Source of the DNA: Lingula anatina
Lineage: Eukaryota; Animalia; Brachiopoda
Reading direction: 5' to 3'
Assembly: GCA_051362555.1 (NCBI GenBank)
Contig: CM120643.1
Coordinates: forward strand, 10,850,001 to 10,914,000
DNA: 64,000 bases
Shown here: positions 35,031-47,817 of the stretch, piece after piece
Numbering within the stretch: the stretch's first letter is position 1
How the letters are laid out: each line of letters begins with the position of its first letter
Translations under genes and position numbers: made by a program
The notes under the pieces: generated by a model
Told to the model about the DNA's origin: nothing
The model's database searches: none
The model's input: the letters and a program-made list of their open reading frames with translations, nothing else

Positions 35031-38000
35031 ACATTATTAATTAAAATACCTCTCAGTAAAACATTAAGTGTAATTTTGTAATTTCAGGACGTATGATGTA
35101 TGTGATTCCATTCAGCATGGGTCCTGTGGGTTCCCCCCTGTCGAAAATCGGAGTCCAGGTGACAGATTCCAACTACGTGCTTCTTTGTATGAGAATCATG
35201 ACTCGTGTCACTCCAAAAGTTTGGGATGTCTTAAAGAAGGGAAAGGGAGACTTTGTCAAGTGCTTGCACTCCATGGGCTCCCCCAGACCTAATCAGAGTA
35301 AGTTCATTGTGATTGTCAAATAACACTTGAGGAAGTCTTAATGTCCAACTGATGTATCTCTGTTTAAACTCTTAAGTATGTAGGTTCTTACTAATGTTTG
35401 TTTGTCTTGTGTTCAACATTTGGTTCTTCTTTTTATTTTTACTAGTCTTTGCACCGAAACATATTTCAGGGCTTGACATATACTATTTTCAGGTACTTGC
35501 CCTGTCAGGCTGGCATGTCTGGAAATCTTATTGCTACACTCCTAAATTAAACTTTAAAAAAAAAAAATACTTGAATTGGTTTTTCATAAAAAAAAAAAAA
35601 CAAAAAAAAAACTTGAATTGGTTTTTCATTATTTTACTAAATGGTTTTATTGGCACTGTCAGTTTTGTCATTTATGTCTGCCCATTTGACAGCTTTGCTG
35701 CCTTGTTTATTTTACTTAATATTTGTTTATGAATCAGATAATTATTTTTATATGCCACTGCTACAGTACCACTAGCGTAGGTGCTGGTAGTACACATGGC
35801 TTAATCCCAACCTGTCTCTTCCACCAGGGCCCCGTATCTAGAAAGCTTCGCTATGTTGCGCACGTGCGCAAGTGTCTCGATTCCATAACTCGCCCATACT
35901 CGTCCCATATAATACATTGTAGCCTCTATTTGATATAGCGATTTGCAATATGCGATGCTTTCGAGATACGGGGCCCAGCTTCACGGCCACATCACCATTA
36001 CCGCTCCTAGACTAAAAGGGCCTGTGTCACCATCTCTTGGATTTAGGTTGCATATAACCTCAACTTGATCCACGTAGATTTTGATGCATTGGCCTAGGTG
36101 TGGCATTTGTTGCAATGTACCCTTGTCCAAGTTTTGGAAAATTAAATGCTAAATATCTCCCAAACTTTAAAATTCAAAACTGACAGAGATACACCCTAAG
36201 TTACTTCTGAATTGAATAGGAAGTCATATTTTGGCAATCATATTGTGACCTTGAATTTGACCTTTGATCTATTTTTCACCATCATCTGGGCTTTGTTGAT
36301 TTTCCAATGTTGATATCTCTAAAACTGTAAAAGATATGCCCATAGCCTTTATCTTACGTCTCCCCATAAAATACTCTCACCTCATTTACCCAACCACACT
36401 TCTTCACAACTAACACACATGCATCCATACCTCCCCCTCAACTTACTCCCTTACTCCCGCTGGTGGTACAAAATCAGGAGGTGATATCGCCTCTCTGATC
36501 TGCTTGTAATGTTTTTGTTTCATGTTATTTTAGGGAAGGTGATCAACCACTGGCCCTGTAACCCAGATAAAGTCCTCATTCTCCACTATCCCGAGGAGAG
36601 GAAAGTGACCTCATTTGGGAGTGGTTACGGTGGGAACTCGCTGCTGGGAAAGAAGTGCTTTGCTCTGCGTATTGCAGGTGTTATCGCCAGAGATGAGGGA
36701 TGGCTGGCAGAACACATGTTGGTACGTAATGTTAGGAACTAGAGGGGCACTCAGAGAGGAACAGACTTATGCCAGGATCTGTAACATGCAAAGAATTCTA
36801 TTGGGAAAATTCACGAATCCGTGACTTGTAGAAAAGCCCGTTTTGAAGCTTTCTTAAAAAAATTAATCTAAATCCACCCACAACTTTCTCCAAATTATGA
36901 CCACTTTGTAGCTTATGATTTCATCAAAATAAATCCACGCTTTTTTTCTGTACTGGTTGCTTCATGTAGCCAACAGATACACACACCAACACTGACATAT
37001 TCAGAATTTTAAATCATCAGGAGGGATACTGGTCTCAGATTCACTAAGAACTGAATTCTATAAACATTCTGGAATTTTTTAAAAATTGCATTTCAGGCTT
37101 GTGTATTATGTATTTGGCATCTGATATACACCACATGTCTTGATAGACAGTGCGTGTTAATATATACGACACAAGCCACAGTGAAGATGAGATGTTATTT
37201 GCAGAACACTGTTTGAGGGACTAAATATAGCTTAAGATACTGTTTATTTCAGATCATGAGTGTAACCAACCCCAAAGGACAAGAGAAATTTATTGCTGCA
37301 GCTTTCCCTAGTGCCTGTGGTAAGACCAACATGGCACTGTTGACCCCCACCATACCAGGCTATAAAGTCCAGTGCATAGGTGAGTTCTTTATTCAATTTA
37401 TGCAGTTCCCTTTAAATGTCTCAGTGGCTATTGGTCCATCCCTTTACCTGACTGCGTTAGTACCCTCACCCTGCAGGTTTAATCACCTTGCAACACCACT
37501 ACAACCTCATACCTTAACTGCTCATCAAATTTTATACTGGCCAGCACAACTTCCCTTGTTTGGGTCAGACTTTACTTTTATCATATACAACAGGGATTAA
37601 GTGCGGGTTTTACTGAGAATTTCAAAATTTCATAGAACTGTGAGATAGGTGCTTGGAGAGAATGTCTATAAGACAGCTGGACGGCTCACTCACTAAAGCC
37701 TTGTTAGTGATACTTAAAAAATGTTGATTAAACAGTTTTGTAAATTTAGTTGGCTTCTCGTCATAAAGGTTATTGAAACACAGGCTGAAGATGATAAATC
37801 TGAGAAAAAAAGAAGTAAATTGGATTTATGTAAGAATTAAGTTTTTTGAGTATCTGAAATGTAATATTTTTTTAAAAAATTGAATCTTCATCTTTTATAA
37901 TATCATTTTTTTATTTGAAGTTTTATTTTTACGTATCTTGCAAATTGTGTTTTAAGTGTTTTAATTGTGTTCTATGTTAAGTCTGCAGTACATTTTCAAT

Positions 38001-41000
38001 GAATTTTAGACTCAAAATAAAATTATTATTTATTATGAAAATATAATAAGTGAGGCATTTGAGAGTTTTTAGCAATTACTATAATGACATGGTACATGGG
38101 CTTGCAATTGGTGATAATGAACTGTTTAATCTGTGTGATCAGTAGTTTGTGTTAGAAATCAGTTCATATTTTAATTGATTTATTTGATATATATATATTT
38201 ATAATGATATATTTATTTAAAATAATTATTTTCAGGCGACGACATCGCCTGGATGCGTTTTGAGGAAAATGGAGAACTCCGTGGCATCAATCCTGAGGCC
38301 GGGTTCTTCGGCGTGGCCCCAGGGACCAACGAAAAAACTAACCCCATTGCCGTACAAACCTTCCAGAGTAACTCGATCTTTACCAATGTGGCAGAAACTG
38401 AGGACGGTCACTTCTTCTGGGAAGGAATGGAAGATAAAATAAGTGACGTAAGCAATAAAAAGTAGAGCTGGTCAACTGCAAATTAGAGCAGGTCAAATAC
38501 AAATTAGAAATCGGCAAAAAAAAAAAAAAAAATTGGTGATATCTGGAAAAGGATCTGTTTCACAAAAGTAAACAAACAAACAAAACACACTCACACACAG
38601 AAGGAAAGTGGACTATTTTTTTTATTTCAGTTGACCAGTAGTAGTCCTAGTATTAGTTTAAAAGAGGAGAATGGAATGCTCACTGTTTTGGACTACTACT
38701 GGCAGTTACTTATATGCATAAGTAGATTACGGTATTTATTCGATCTTTTTAATGGGGGGAAATTGTGAATTTTAGAGCTACTGTATTTTTAAAGTCATAA
38801 TTTCTTAAAATTAAAGCATTCGTATTAAGTGGTAGCAACAAAATTAAAAACAAGCTACTCTATTCTGTGCAGTAAAAGCACCACAAATGCTTTATAGAAA
38901 TATAGTTTTTGTGATTATAAAATTATGCATCTGAAAATTTGATAATTTGTGCCCATTGAAAAGATTGAGTCATTACCGTATCACAGATTCCTTCTGAATT
39001 GAAGGAAATCAATTTTGGTCAAATAGTTGTGATGCAAAGCCATGCAATAGCATCATTTTGATTCTTCTCTGCATTAAAAGATCCTTAGACCTACTAAGTT
39101 TTCTTTAAAGAATCTAAAAAAGACCAATATTAACCCATAGATCAAACTTAGATTGTCTTGACAAATGTTTTTTTTTTTTTTTTTACTCTCATAGGTTACA
39201 TGAGCCAATTTAGTTATGTTTTTTTATATATATATAATTTTTTGTTGTTCTGAATCATTCTTAAAAGCTGCTAGACTAAGGTTGGCTTTGCTGTAGCTGA
39301 CTAACCAATTCTAGCAGTTTAGACTTAGATTGATAACTTGAACTTTTTGTGACAGCAGCTTTACGTTGATTTTTTCCCGTAGGATACAGAAGTGGTCACC
39401 TGGCTGGGTGGCAAATGGAAGAAGGGGAACCCAGAAAAGGCTGCTCACCCGAACTCACGCTTTTGCACCCCAGCTGGGCAGTGTCCCATAATGCACCCCA
39501 TGTGGGAGGATCCCAAAGGTGTGCCCATCTCTGCAATCATCTTTGGAGGACGTCGTCCTGAAGGTATGGTTTTTGTTGACTTTTATATGGAACTCCATGC
39601 ATGCCTGATCTCGTAGCAAATCATTTTTACTTTCATTTTAACATATATTTAATTAATATGTGATATTATTGTCATGGGCCAGTCTTTTTTTATGTCTCGA
39701 TCTTTGTTATAAACCAGCAACAGGGATTTTAAATGAAATTGCAATTTGTGACTTGGAGCTGCAAATTAATGACTTCAGTCATTATAATACAAATTCAGCA
39801 GTGCACATTTATAAATATGAGTGAGTGCAACCTTGCATGGTTAAATTTAGTATGAGAAATTTCAAATGGATATCTGATACTGATTAAAACTGGAGTTGTG
39901 TGTACTTTCAGGTGTTCCTCTGGTTTTGGAAGCCTTTGACTGGAAACATGGAGTAATGCTGGGAGCGCAGCTTAAATCTGAGACCACAGCAGCTGCAGAG
40001 TTTAAGGGTAAATAATAATGTTTTAAAGTATTTTTGATAAGGCTTAATTTCTCCACAAAAGAAAAAAAGGAATTTAAATAGTGGTAAAAAATATGCAGCT
40101 TTTCAGATATAAAATAATTTAACACTGTGTTGAGAGCCGAACAAACAAACAAACAAAAAAAAGCTAGGAACACCAACTGTGAAACAAGAAAAAAGATAGT
40201 GATCCTATTCTTGAGAATGAAGGAAATAGAAAATGAGAAGTGCACAAATATGTAATAAATAATAAAGCGATATGACTATCCACCAGGTCTGTCACATGGT
40301 TTAGTAAGCGTCAGGTTTAAAATGTTCTGAGAATTTTTTTTCTTTTTGTGCACCTTTAAAACAAAGGTTTCCTCTATTGTGTTCTATCATATCTTTTCCA
40401 TTGCCAGCTGACTACATTCCTGGAAAATGCCTTTTGTTACTGTTGTAAAAGCCTTCAAGGCTTGAAAGTTCCAGTAGAATGTCTCAATGAAATCGTATTT
40501 ATTGGGTAAGACATTCAAGCTCCTCACTTCAGGTAAGAAAATCATGCACGACCCCATGGCCATGCGTCCGTTCATTGGCTACAACTTTGGTAAGTACTTG
40601 GACCACTGGCTGGAGGTGGAAAAGCCTCCACACAAAGTCCCCAAGATTTTCCATGTCAACTGGTTCCGTGTGGACTCCACAGGCAAGTTCTTGTGGCCAG
40701 GCTTCGGAGACAACATCCGTGTGCTGGACTGGATTATGCGCCGCGTGGATGGAGAAGACATTGCTGTGGAATCTCCAATTGGTTTACTTCCAAAGAAGGG
40801 TGAGTTGGCATATACTAGTATATGGAGAGGTGCTGGTTGAGTGTTCATTAAACTTTTATGTAGATAGAAGTCTTTATCCTTGAAATTTCAAGTTTTTTTC
40901 CTGAAATACCAACTTGAAGAAAATTTGAATCCAAAACTGTTGAGAAAATTATTATTTTTATGTTCTAAGTTTCCAATTTTGAGTCACTGTTGTTATGGAT

Positions 41001-42207
41001 AAAGACTAATGGATTTCTGTGTGATGGTAAAAAATGGAAATTGTAAATGGGAGTTAAAGGTACATACGAACCGATCATCGGTGGAGCGTGGATTCCCAGT
41101 AACACATGTAAACCACTTCTACTAGTTTCTTATACGACTCTAATAAATTCGACATGCCAAGGGATAAACTGAATAAATCACCCGATCAGCCATAAAAGAG
41201 CTTTAGACTGCTCCTTTCTTTAAATTTTTGGTTGTCAATTAACCTACTTTCGTGACCTACTTTTCTGCCCCATTGACATACAGCATAGAATGCTAGCAGA
41301 AAAATCTGTTCAAATATCACTTTCAGGTAAAATTAAACAATGCTTTTTGGTAATTCTCTTAGTTATACTACTTGAAACTATATGCTGGCATTTGGTTGGT
41401 TTTTATGACAAAAAATTGACTTTGTATGTATCTTTAATAGTTTGCAATTTTTTTAACAAGGAAGTCTGCATATTCCAAGTGTTTTGATTGATTTCTGTAC
41501 ACATGAACATTTTCTATATTCAGGACACAAATATTACACAATTATATATTTTACTCAACATTAAAGACAACTACATATTACTTATATTCTTCGTTGATAG
41601 TTTAATTTTTCATTGAACAAGTGGTAAATTGTGATATATAAATTACGTTGTTTTTACAACAGTATAAGTTTTGCACTGTAATTCAGAAGTTATTCAGAAG
41701 AGGCTATTTTTATCTGTCATAAAAGAGCAAGTGATTTAAACCAGAGCAATTTACTGTCTTGCTTGCTGTCTAAGGGACTTAGCCTGGGTCTGTTAAATGG
41801 CAGTGCCAGAGCAGTTATGCAAACAATTACTAGCCATGTAATCTACCTAGAGATGTCATTACAAGGTCAGAGATAGTAAAATGACCGACTATTTATTTAA
41901 AGACATATCAATGAATATCCTGTGAAAAGTCAATCTGTGGCCCTTGTAGATGGTAGGGTTTAGCCTTGTCAGTATCAATTGCACATTAATTTTATAAAAT
42001 TTTATAAAAATCTCTTTCACAGGCTCCATCAACCTCGATGGTTTGGGTGAGATAAATTGGGATGAACTGTTCAGTATTCCTAAAGATTACTGGCTGGCAG
42101 ACATCAAGGAGACCATGAAGTTCCTGGATGACCAGACTGGCGAAGACCTTCCACAGGTTGTCCGCGATGAGCTGCAGAAGCAGGCTGACCGTATTAATGC
42201 CATGTAG
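33532..42207 (+). CDS. PCK1: Phosphoenolpyruvate carboxykinase [GTP], cytosolic-type, 11 coding exons
   Basis: Exons 33532-33657, 34026-34147, 34420-34604, 35088-35297, 36534-36721, 37253-37379, 38236-38447, 39383-39563, 39912-40007, 40533-40799, 42023-42207. Motifs [106 protein letters not shown]1 vs PCK2 orthology is not resolvable in invertebrates. Confidence 0.96.
34681..34798 (+). ncRNA. Candidate intronic H/ACA snoRNA-like sequence, copy A (PEPCK intron)
   Basis: atcagg...cttgat stem, then H-box-like AGACAA, then tgca...tgca stem and ACA plus 3 nt; paralogous to 37092-37211. Confidence 0.35.
34971..35027. repeat. (CT)n(AT)n compound microsatellite
   Basis: Direct inspection. Confidence 0.9.
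35828..35975. mobile_element. 148-bp MITE, Harbinger-like, in PEPCK intron
   Basis: TIRs GGCCCGTATCTAGAAAGC / GCTTTCGAGATACGGGGCC, flanked by a CAG duplication. Confidence 0.7.
36100..36507. repeat. Interspersed repeat fragment (TGACCTTGA/TGACCTTTGA-type, SINE- or Helentron-like)
   Basis: Contains tgaccttgaatttgacctttgatct and ends in gatatcgcctctctgatctgcttgt, a style common in marine-invertebrate interspersed repeats. Family not verifiable here. Confidence 0.35.
37092..37211 (+). ncRNA. Candidate intronic H/ACA snoRNA-like sequence, copy B (PEPCK intron)
   Basis: tcagg...cttga stem, AGACAG (imperfect H box), tgcg...tgca stem, then gaACActg; paralogous to copy A. Confidence 0.3.
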
Positions 42208-45200
42208 ATGTAAAGCAGAAATGCGATCAAACTAAAATAAAAAGTATAACATTGGTTGTCACTATTGTTCAACTTGACATTATTCTAAGAGATAATATTT
42301 TACAAAATTTTAAAGGGCCAGCTTGCAGTCAACAAATTGAGATGTATGGATTTCAGTAGAGGTTTCTTGACTTGAACACCCATAGCGTCCTTGGTCTGGA
42401 CTCCTCCGCTATTCTAATGATACTAAAGCTTTGTAGTGTAACACTGTTGCCACCAGTAAGGTAGCTATAATTGTTATTAGATGTTGTACATGTAGAAGAA
42501 TGAAAGAATTGGTTTCGTGATTATAAGATGTTACAAACTTTAATTTGTGGCATCTTGTAATTCTTAACCTCTAGACTGGCAGGGAGGGAGTTTGCAATTT
42601 TAGATGCTCGTTCGTAGGAGGTAAATGGCTGGCACTGTGGGTGTGGCAATTACCATGGAGTCAACCATCAGGAGTTTCAGTACTGCTGAAGGGAGGTTTT
42701 CTAACAGCATGCAAGGGAATGCCACACCCTGATGGTTGGGTAGGTTCATAGAAAGACGCAAGGGGTTTTCTGCTTCTCCGTAGTGCCAGAATGTGATTGT
42801 TGTGGATAACTTTTGCCAACTTCTCTCAACTTCTACTAGAACTCTCAGGCATGTTGTTTCTCTGTACCAGTTGTACTTAAATATCCATCAAAAGGACACA
42901 CATATATCTCTACTTGTTATATCCAGTTGGGAATCATGCAAGATTTATTGCTTGTAATTGGAAAGATGCTTTACTCTTCAATGTCTTTCTCCAGGAACGT
43001 GTTTGGCCGTTGCCGTTTTTGGCCAAACAAATTGTATGGTATGGAACTAAATCACGCTTTTGGGTGTCTGTGCTTAATACTTGAATATTACAAAATTTTA
43101 TGATTTATAAGGATACTGTGTGAAGATTTGGAGATTTAAAGGCATTTGTTTGATACTTTACTGAAGTACTTCTATACATTTTTTTCTCTTGGTGCTGTGT
43201 AAATATGCCAATATTAATTCTGAAAACTTTAATAGTTCTAACGCAAAGGTATGATGATGATCATATTCATGAATTAAGTTGTGCCAGATTAGTTTTATTA
43301 AACATCACAGTTTAACTGTTGGTTACTGTAAGTAACGGGTGTCCTGGCAGTAAAGGCATACATGGACGTTATATGTATTTTATTTTTTCTGTTGTAGTGC
43401 ATAGACGTCGTTAATTTTAGTAGTAGTGTGATCAAGGGCGTATATGGCAATTACTGAGAGCTTTTTTGTGCGTAAGAGAATGGAATAGTGTACTTTTTGT
43501 CGGTGAGAACACTTGATACCTGTATTTTGGCCGTAAAGTACAGGGTAAAAGCATCAAATGAATTAAGCAGACGTGTTTCGTCTCTTACACACACGAAGCG
43601 GATGTAAGATTCCCCGCAAGGCCAGCGTTCTAATTTCTTAGCCGGTCCACGCTGTTGCTTAACACATGGCTTTTTGACGTTGCGACACACGTGTTCCTAG
43701 ATTGGCCAATAAAATGAGAGAGTGCAGTCACGTTGATGTCATTTGTTGACCTAGCCTACCAGGCAGTGCAGTGAACTTGAAAGTGTTGTACTAGTACTGC
43801 ACCAAAACTACATGTTTGTTCACTGAGAATAAAACTGAGATTAAACCAGTTATTAATTCTTTGTGTTATTGTTTTATTGTGAGTAGAGTTTATGCCATAG
43901 GGTTCTGTATTTTGAAAATGAAAAAAGAGAATCTTAATTTTGAAACCCCGGGCCTTTTATAACCACATGGTAAAATAAGAAAGCATATTTCTTATACCTT
44001 GACTCTTTCCAAGTAATTAAAGGTACAAACGATATATACGAAACGGCAAAATATTGGAGCTGTTCAGAATTATACCATTATTTCACAAAGTGGGATTGTA
44101 AACGACATTTTTTTGTGGGTGTGAAATAACCCCTGTTCACACATACGGTCATACATGTATCTTGCTTAAGTTGTCCTTCGTACGCAGTTTTTTTATCCAT
44201 TTTATGTGATATCCAATGGCAAACAATCCGAAAATATGTATACTTTCGTACATACCTGCCAAGTTCACACGAAAAAAAAAAAAAAAACTTTGGATTTATA
44301 ACTGGTATTTTGGTTAATTCAAACGCCGTCTGTTAGAAATGCCAAAATGTTTGAAAATGCAGCGCATCTTTCTGACATTTTTATGTTGATCGCCCAACGC
44401 ACCAACTTTAGCGTCAATTGACCATTGCAGAATTATTTTTTACAGACGAGATTTTTCCTACTCCGTTGAAAAGATGGACTGCAGTTTCTCAAGTTATGGA
44501 TCATTCCATTCTACAAGGGTCAAACTTTCAATTTGCTAATATTGAAACGATTACTGAAGAAAAACAAGTTAACCTATTTCGTCGCATCCGACAAACTACA
44601 TTTTTCACATCCAGTAATATACCATTTGGCATTTTGGAGCCATGACATGAAATATATTTAATGGGCTGCACAATATGTAGAGGTAAAACTAGTTTTTACA
44701 TTACATAAGTTACGCATGTGGAAAAAAATACCGAGATAATGTTTTGGCTTTTTACTTTTTTGATGTGCTATCTGAGTGATACAGACCTATTCTCAGTGCG
44801 ATGAACAGTCCAATAAAGAGTTTTCGACGTGTTGTACATTAGCAGCAGCGTGGGCGAGTATACTTTTGGCCCCATTACATGTTTTACATGTTCACCAGTG
44901 TCCATAAGGTACCATTAAAATGCTTTTAAGAGTTGTTTTAACTGTCCGCTTGAAGTTATAATTTGATTATCCATACAAAAATATAGATATGCAAAATAAA
45001 TTATTTGGGCAATACATTACCGAAAATGAAAACAACAAAAGTGAGTTTTTGCTGTGAAATCCATCTGAAGGTTATATGGTCATAACTCAGATATCACAAA
45101 TAAATGAGTCTTTGGAAATACATTGGTATATTCAAAGTTTTTATGAATTGTTTATCTTTTAAGATTAAAATATTTTAAGATTAAAATTGTCAGAACTGTA

Positions 45201-45449
45201 AGACTTGAGGACACACACGTGCACTCACACGCGTGCGCGCATTCTGACACAAACGGCACATGCGGAGGAATGTTTGGATAGAACCTTTAAGTGTGTGCTT
45301 ATTGATACTCGTACAGAATAGCAACTTAATAGACACAAAAACAGATGTCTTATTGTTTCTTCATTCAATATGCTGTTTATTGTGGGCAATGTAAAACTAC
45401 TTGAAAATATTCATCATTTTAGTATACTGTACATATAATCTAAAGTCAT

Positions 45450-46839
45450 CACTGAGAATAAAATTGGAGTTATTTGACTCTCTAGTCAGAGTCCAGCACC
45501 CCTTGACCCTCATATAGTTAATTTGACTCCTATATAAGGGTCAAATAACCCCACTACCAGAGTCTTTAGACTCTCTAAACAGTGTCAATTACCCCCTGGC
45601 TCTCATGGAGTCAATCTGACTCTTAAACCAGAGTCAAATTACCGGGGCCAGAGACTGGCTGACCCCTTTCACCGACTCTTTTTCGCTCGTTGGACAGTAA
45701 GCCTCGTTTCAGCCATTGTGATAGCAGTGAGCAGACGGCGTGGAGAGAACAGTTTTTATCATCCTTTGTAAGTATGAACATTACTTTATTGGACATAGTT
45801 GGTTTTATGCATGAACAAGTGGTTTTCTGTGTGTTTCTGCATGCAGAACTCGTGCACTTATTACTGGCCCGCGCTTTCAGTTGCCCACACCCTTTATGGT
45901 ATAGATGAAGTACGAGCTCGAGGCGCTGAGCTTTACGAGAAATAGAGCAGATAATTGGCGAGGCGAAGCGTGGAACGCATTCGTGGATGACGTGACTTTA
46001 CACGAAATAAAGCAAGGCGCGACCTATTGTCTTTTGACAGGAGAATGCTTTAATAAACGGTACCAAGGGGTTGGAGCAGGGGTCTGGTCTGGTAGTAGAG
46101 AAATGGTACGTTTGGTAGCTCTAACATGGCAACCGGTCTGTATCCTTCCCGAGGGCGGCGAGATCGACAACCTACTGTATAGTGTAAAACAGGGCCACAA
46201 AATGACCAGGCTTCTTCGACTTAAATAAATTTGATTTAATAAATGAATAAATAAAAAATATATATAAATGACTTCAACCTTCGGGTTATCTTTTTTTTTT
46301 TTCAATAAAGATAATTTTTTTTATATTTGTATGTGTCCCACTAAATGTCACGCCATAGAAAAATGGTATTGTACTAATACTTTTACTTTATGACACCCCT
46401 AGCCTTGTAATAAGTATACAGAATAATGGTAATAAGAACCTGTGGTGCTCTCAGCTGGGCAATTTGCTTCGCCACAGTGGGTGTTGATAATTAAGCATCG
46501 GTTTTTATTATTAAAACTTGTTTTCCTGTTTGTATTTGCCTTTATGTTTCAGTGATTAAAGCCTTTTACCTTAAAGTAAATTCTTTGTTGTTGTTGTTGT
46601 TTTTTTTCATAATGTGCCAAGGAGTCAAAAATTCCTTAATATGGGGTCATGGTGACTCTTTTGTAGAGATAAATCAAGGGATGAAGGGATGTGTGAATAG
46701 AGTCACTTGTGACCCTCCTGTGGGGTCTGGGACGGCGTGACTCCGTCGGAGTCGACTTGACTCCAATTGGGAGTTATTTTAGGCACCACTGCTGGACTCC
46801 AAGTTTGGAGTCACTTGGACTCCGATTTTATTCTCAGTG
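45450..46839. mobile_element. Non-autonomous CMC (EnSpm/CACTA- or Mirage-like) DNA transposon, 1390 bp
   Basis: 21-bp TIRs CACTGAGAATAAAAT(T/C)GGAGT with one mismatch, a 2-bp AT duplication on both sides, and many subterminal GAGTCA..TGACTC repeats at both ends. Confidence 0.85.
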
Positions 46840-47179
46840 ATCCTGTTTGAGCCTAAACCAACATATTAACTTTCATAATGTTTTGATTGTGTACAAATAA
46901 TGACTTTTGAACTACTAATTGATATTACAGTATTAACTTTCAGAAAGGGGATGTATCACATAGTAACATAATGTATGTGTGTATTTATAAGTAGTATGAT
47001 CTTTGTTGGAATGAGATTGTGGTCAAAACGTAAGATTTTACGTCTTGTTCATCATTTATGTTTTTTTTTTCCATTTACAAATGTGGGATATTACATGCCT
47101 GGATTGTATATCCTATCAGTCATCAATTTATATGTTATGTCCTCTGTTTTAGTTCTGCGTTACCTTTTAAGCAACAGGA

Positions 47180-47313
47180 TTCACCGTATAGATATTAATG
47201 AAAATAGAAGTATATATGTATGGATGCACCTTTGAAGATCTACATTAAAGTGATAAAAAACAATCCGAGCTTTCGGCCCCTGGGCCTTCTTCGGGGATTA
47301 TCTAATTATACTT
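47180..47313 (-). mobile_element. Short Penelope-like retroelement remnant carrying a minimal hammerhead-ribozyme motif
   Basis: Flanked by the perfect 16-bp direct repeat cttttaagcaacagga (47164-47179, 47314-47329). The minus strand 47299-47262 reads AAUCC-CCGAAGA-A-GGCC(CAGG)GGCC-GAAA-GCUC-GGAUU. Confidence 0.7.
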
Positions 47314-47817
47314 CTTTTAAGCAACAGGAAACATAAAATATAGACTCATTGTCAGAGTGAAATGTGCCCTTTGTGCGATATGTCCTCTGATTATGAGTAA
47401 CAATACAAGCGAACACACAACCCATATTTCTGAATACACATGATCACGTGTTCTCATAATCAGCAATTAGCTGGCAGAGAAAAAAAGTCATCCGATCTTG
47501 ACATTCCAATTGTGAAAAGACCATTCATTATAATTTAATGGAATTCTGAAGTAGTATTACCAAATGACATTTCTTTTGTTGTATACTAGAATATAAGTTT
47601 GTTTTTGATGAAATTAGATTTAAACCTCAGTGTTTTTTTTATAAACACAATTTATCAATAGAACTCGATTAAAGATTCTTTCACAAACAAAGTGGTGTCA
47701 TGCGTTTTCTTCAGCGTCAACGTCACACTCCATTGAAACAGTGCGTCCATCTTTCATTACATGCAAACAAAGGCAACGATACAGTGACGGAAAATAGGGA
47801 TCCTTAATATTAAAAAA

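Noticed and set aside
45905-46228. 107-aa ORF as a genuine gene or transposase
   Set aside because: No recognisable motifs; lies inside a non-autonomous transposon. Kept only as part of the payload finding.
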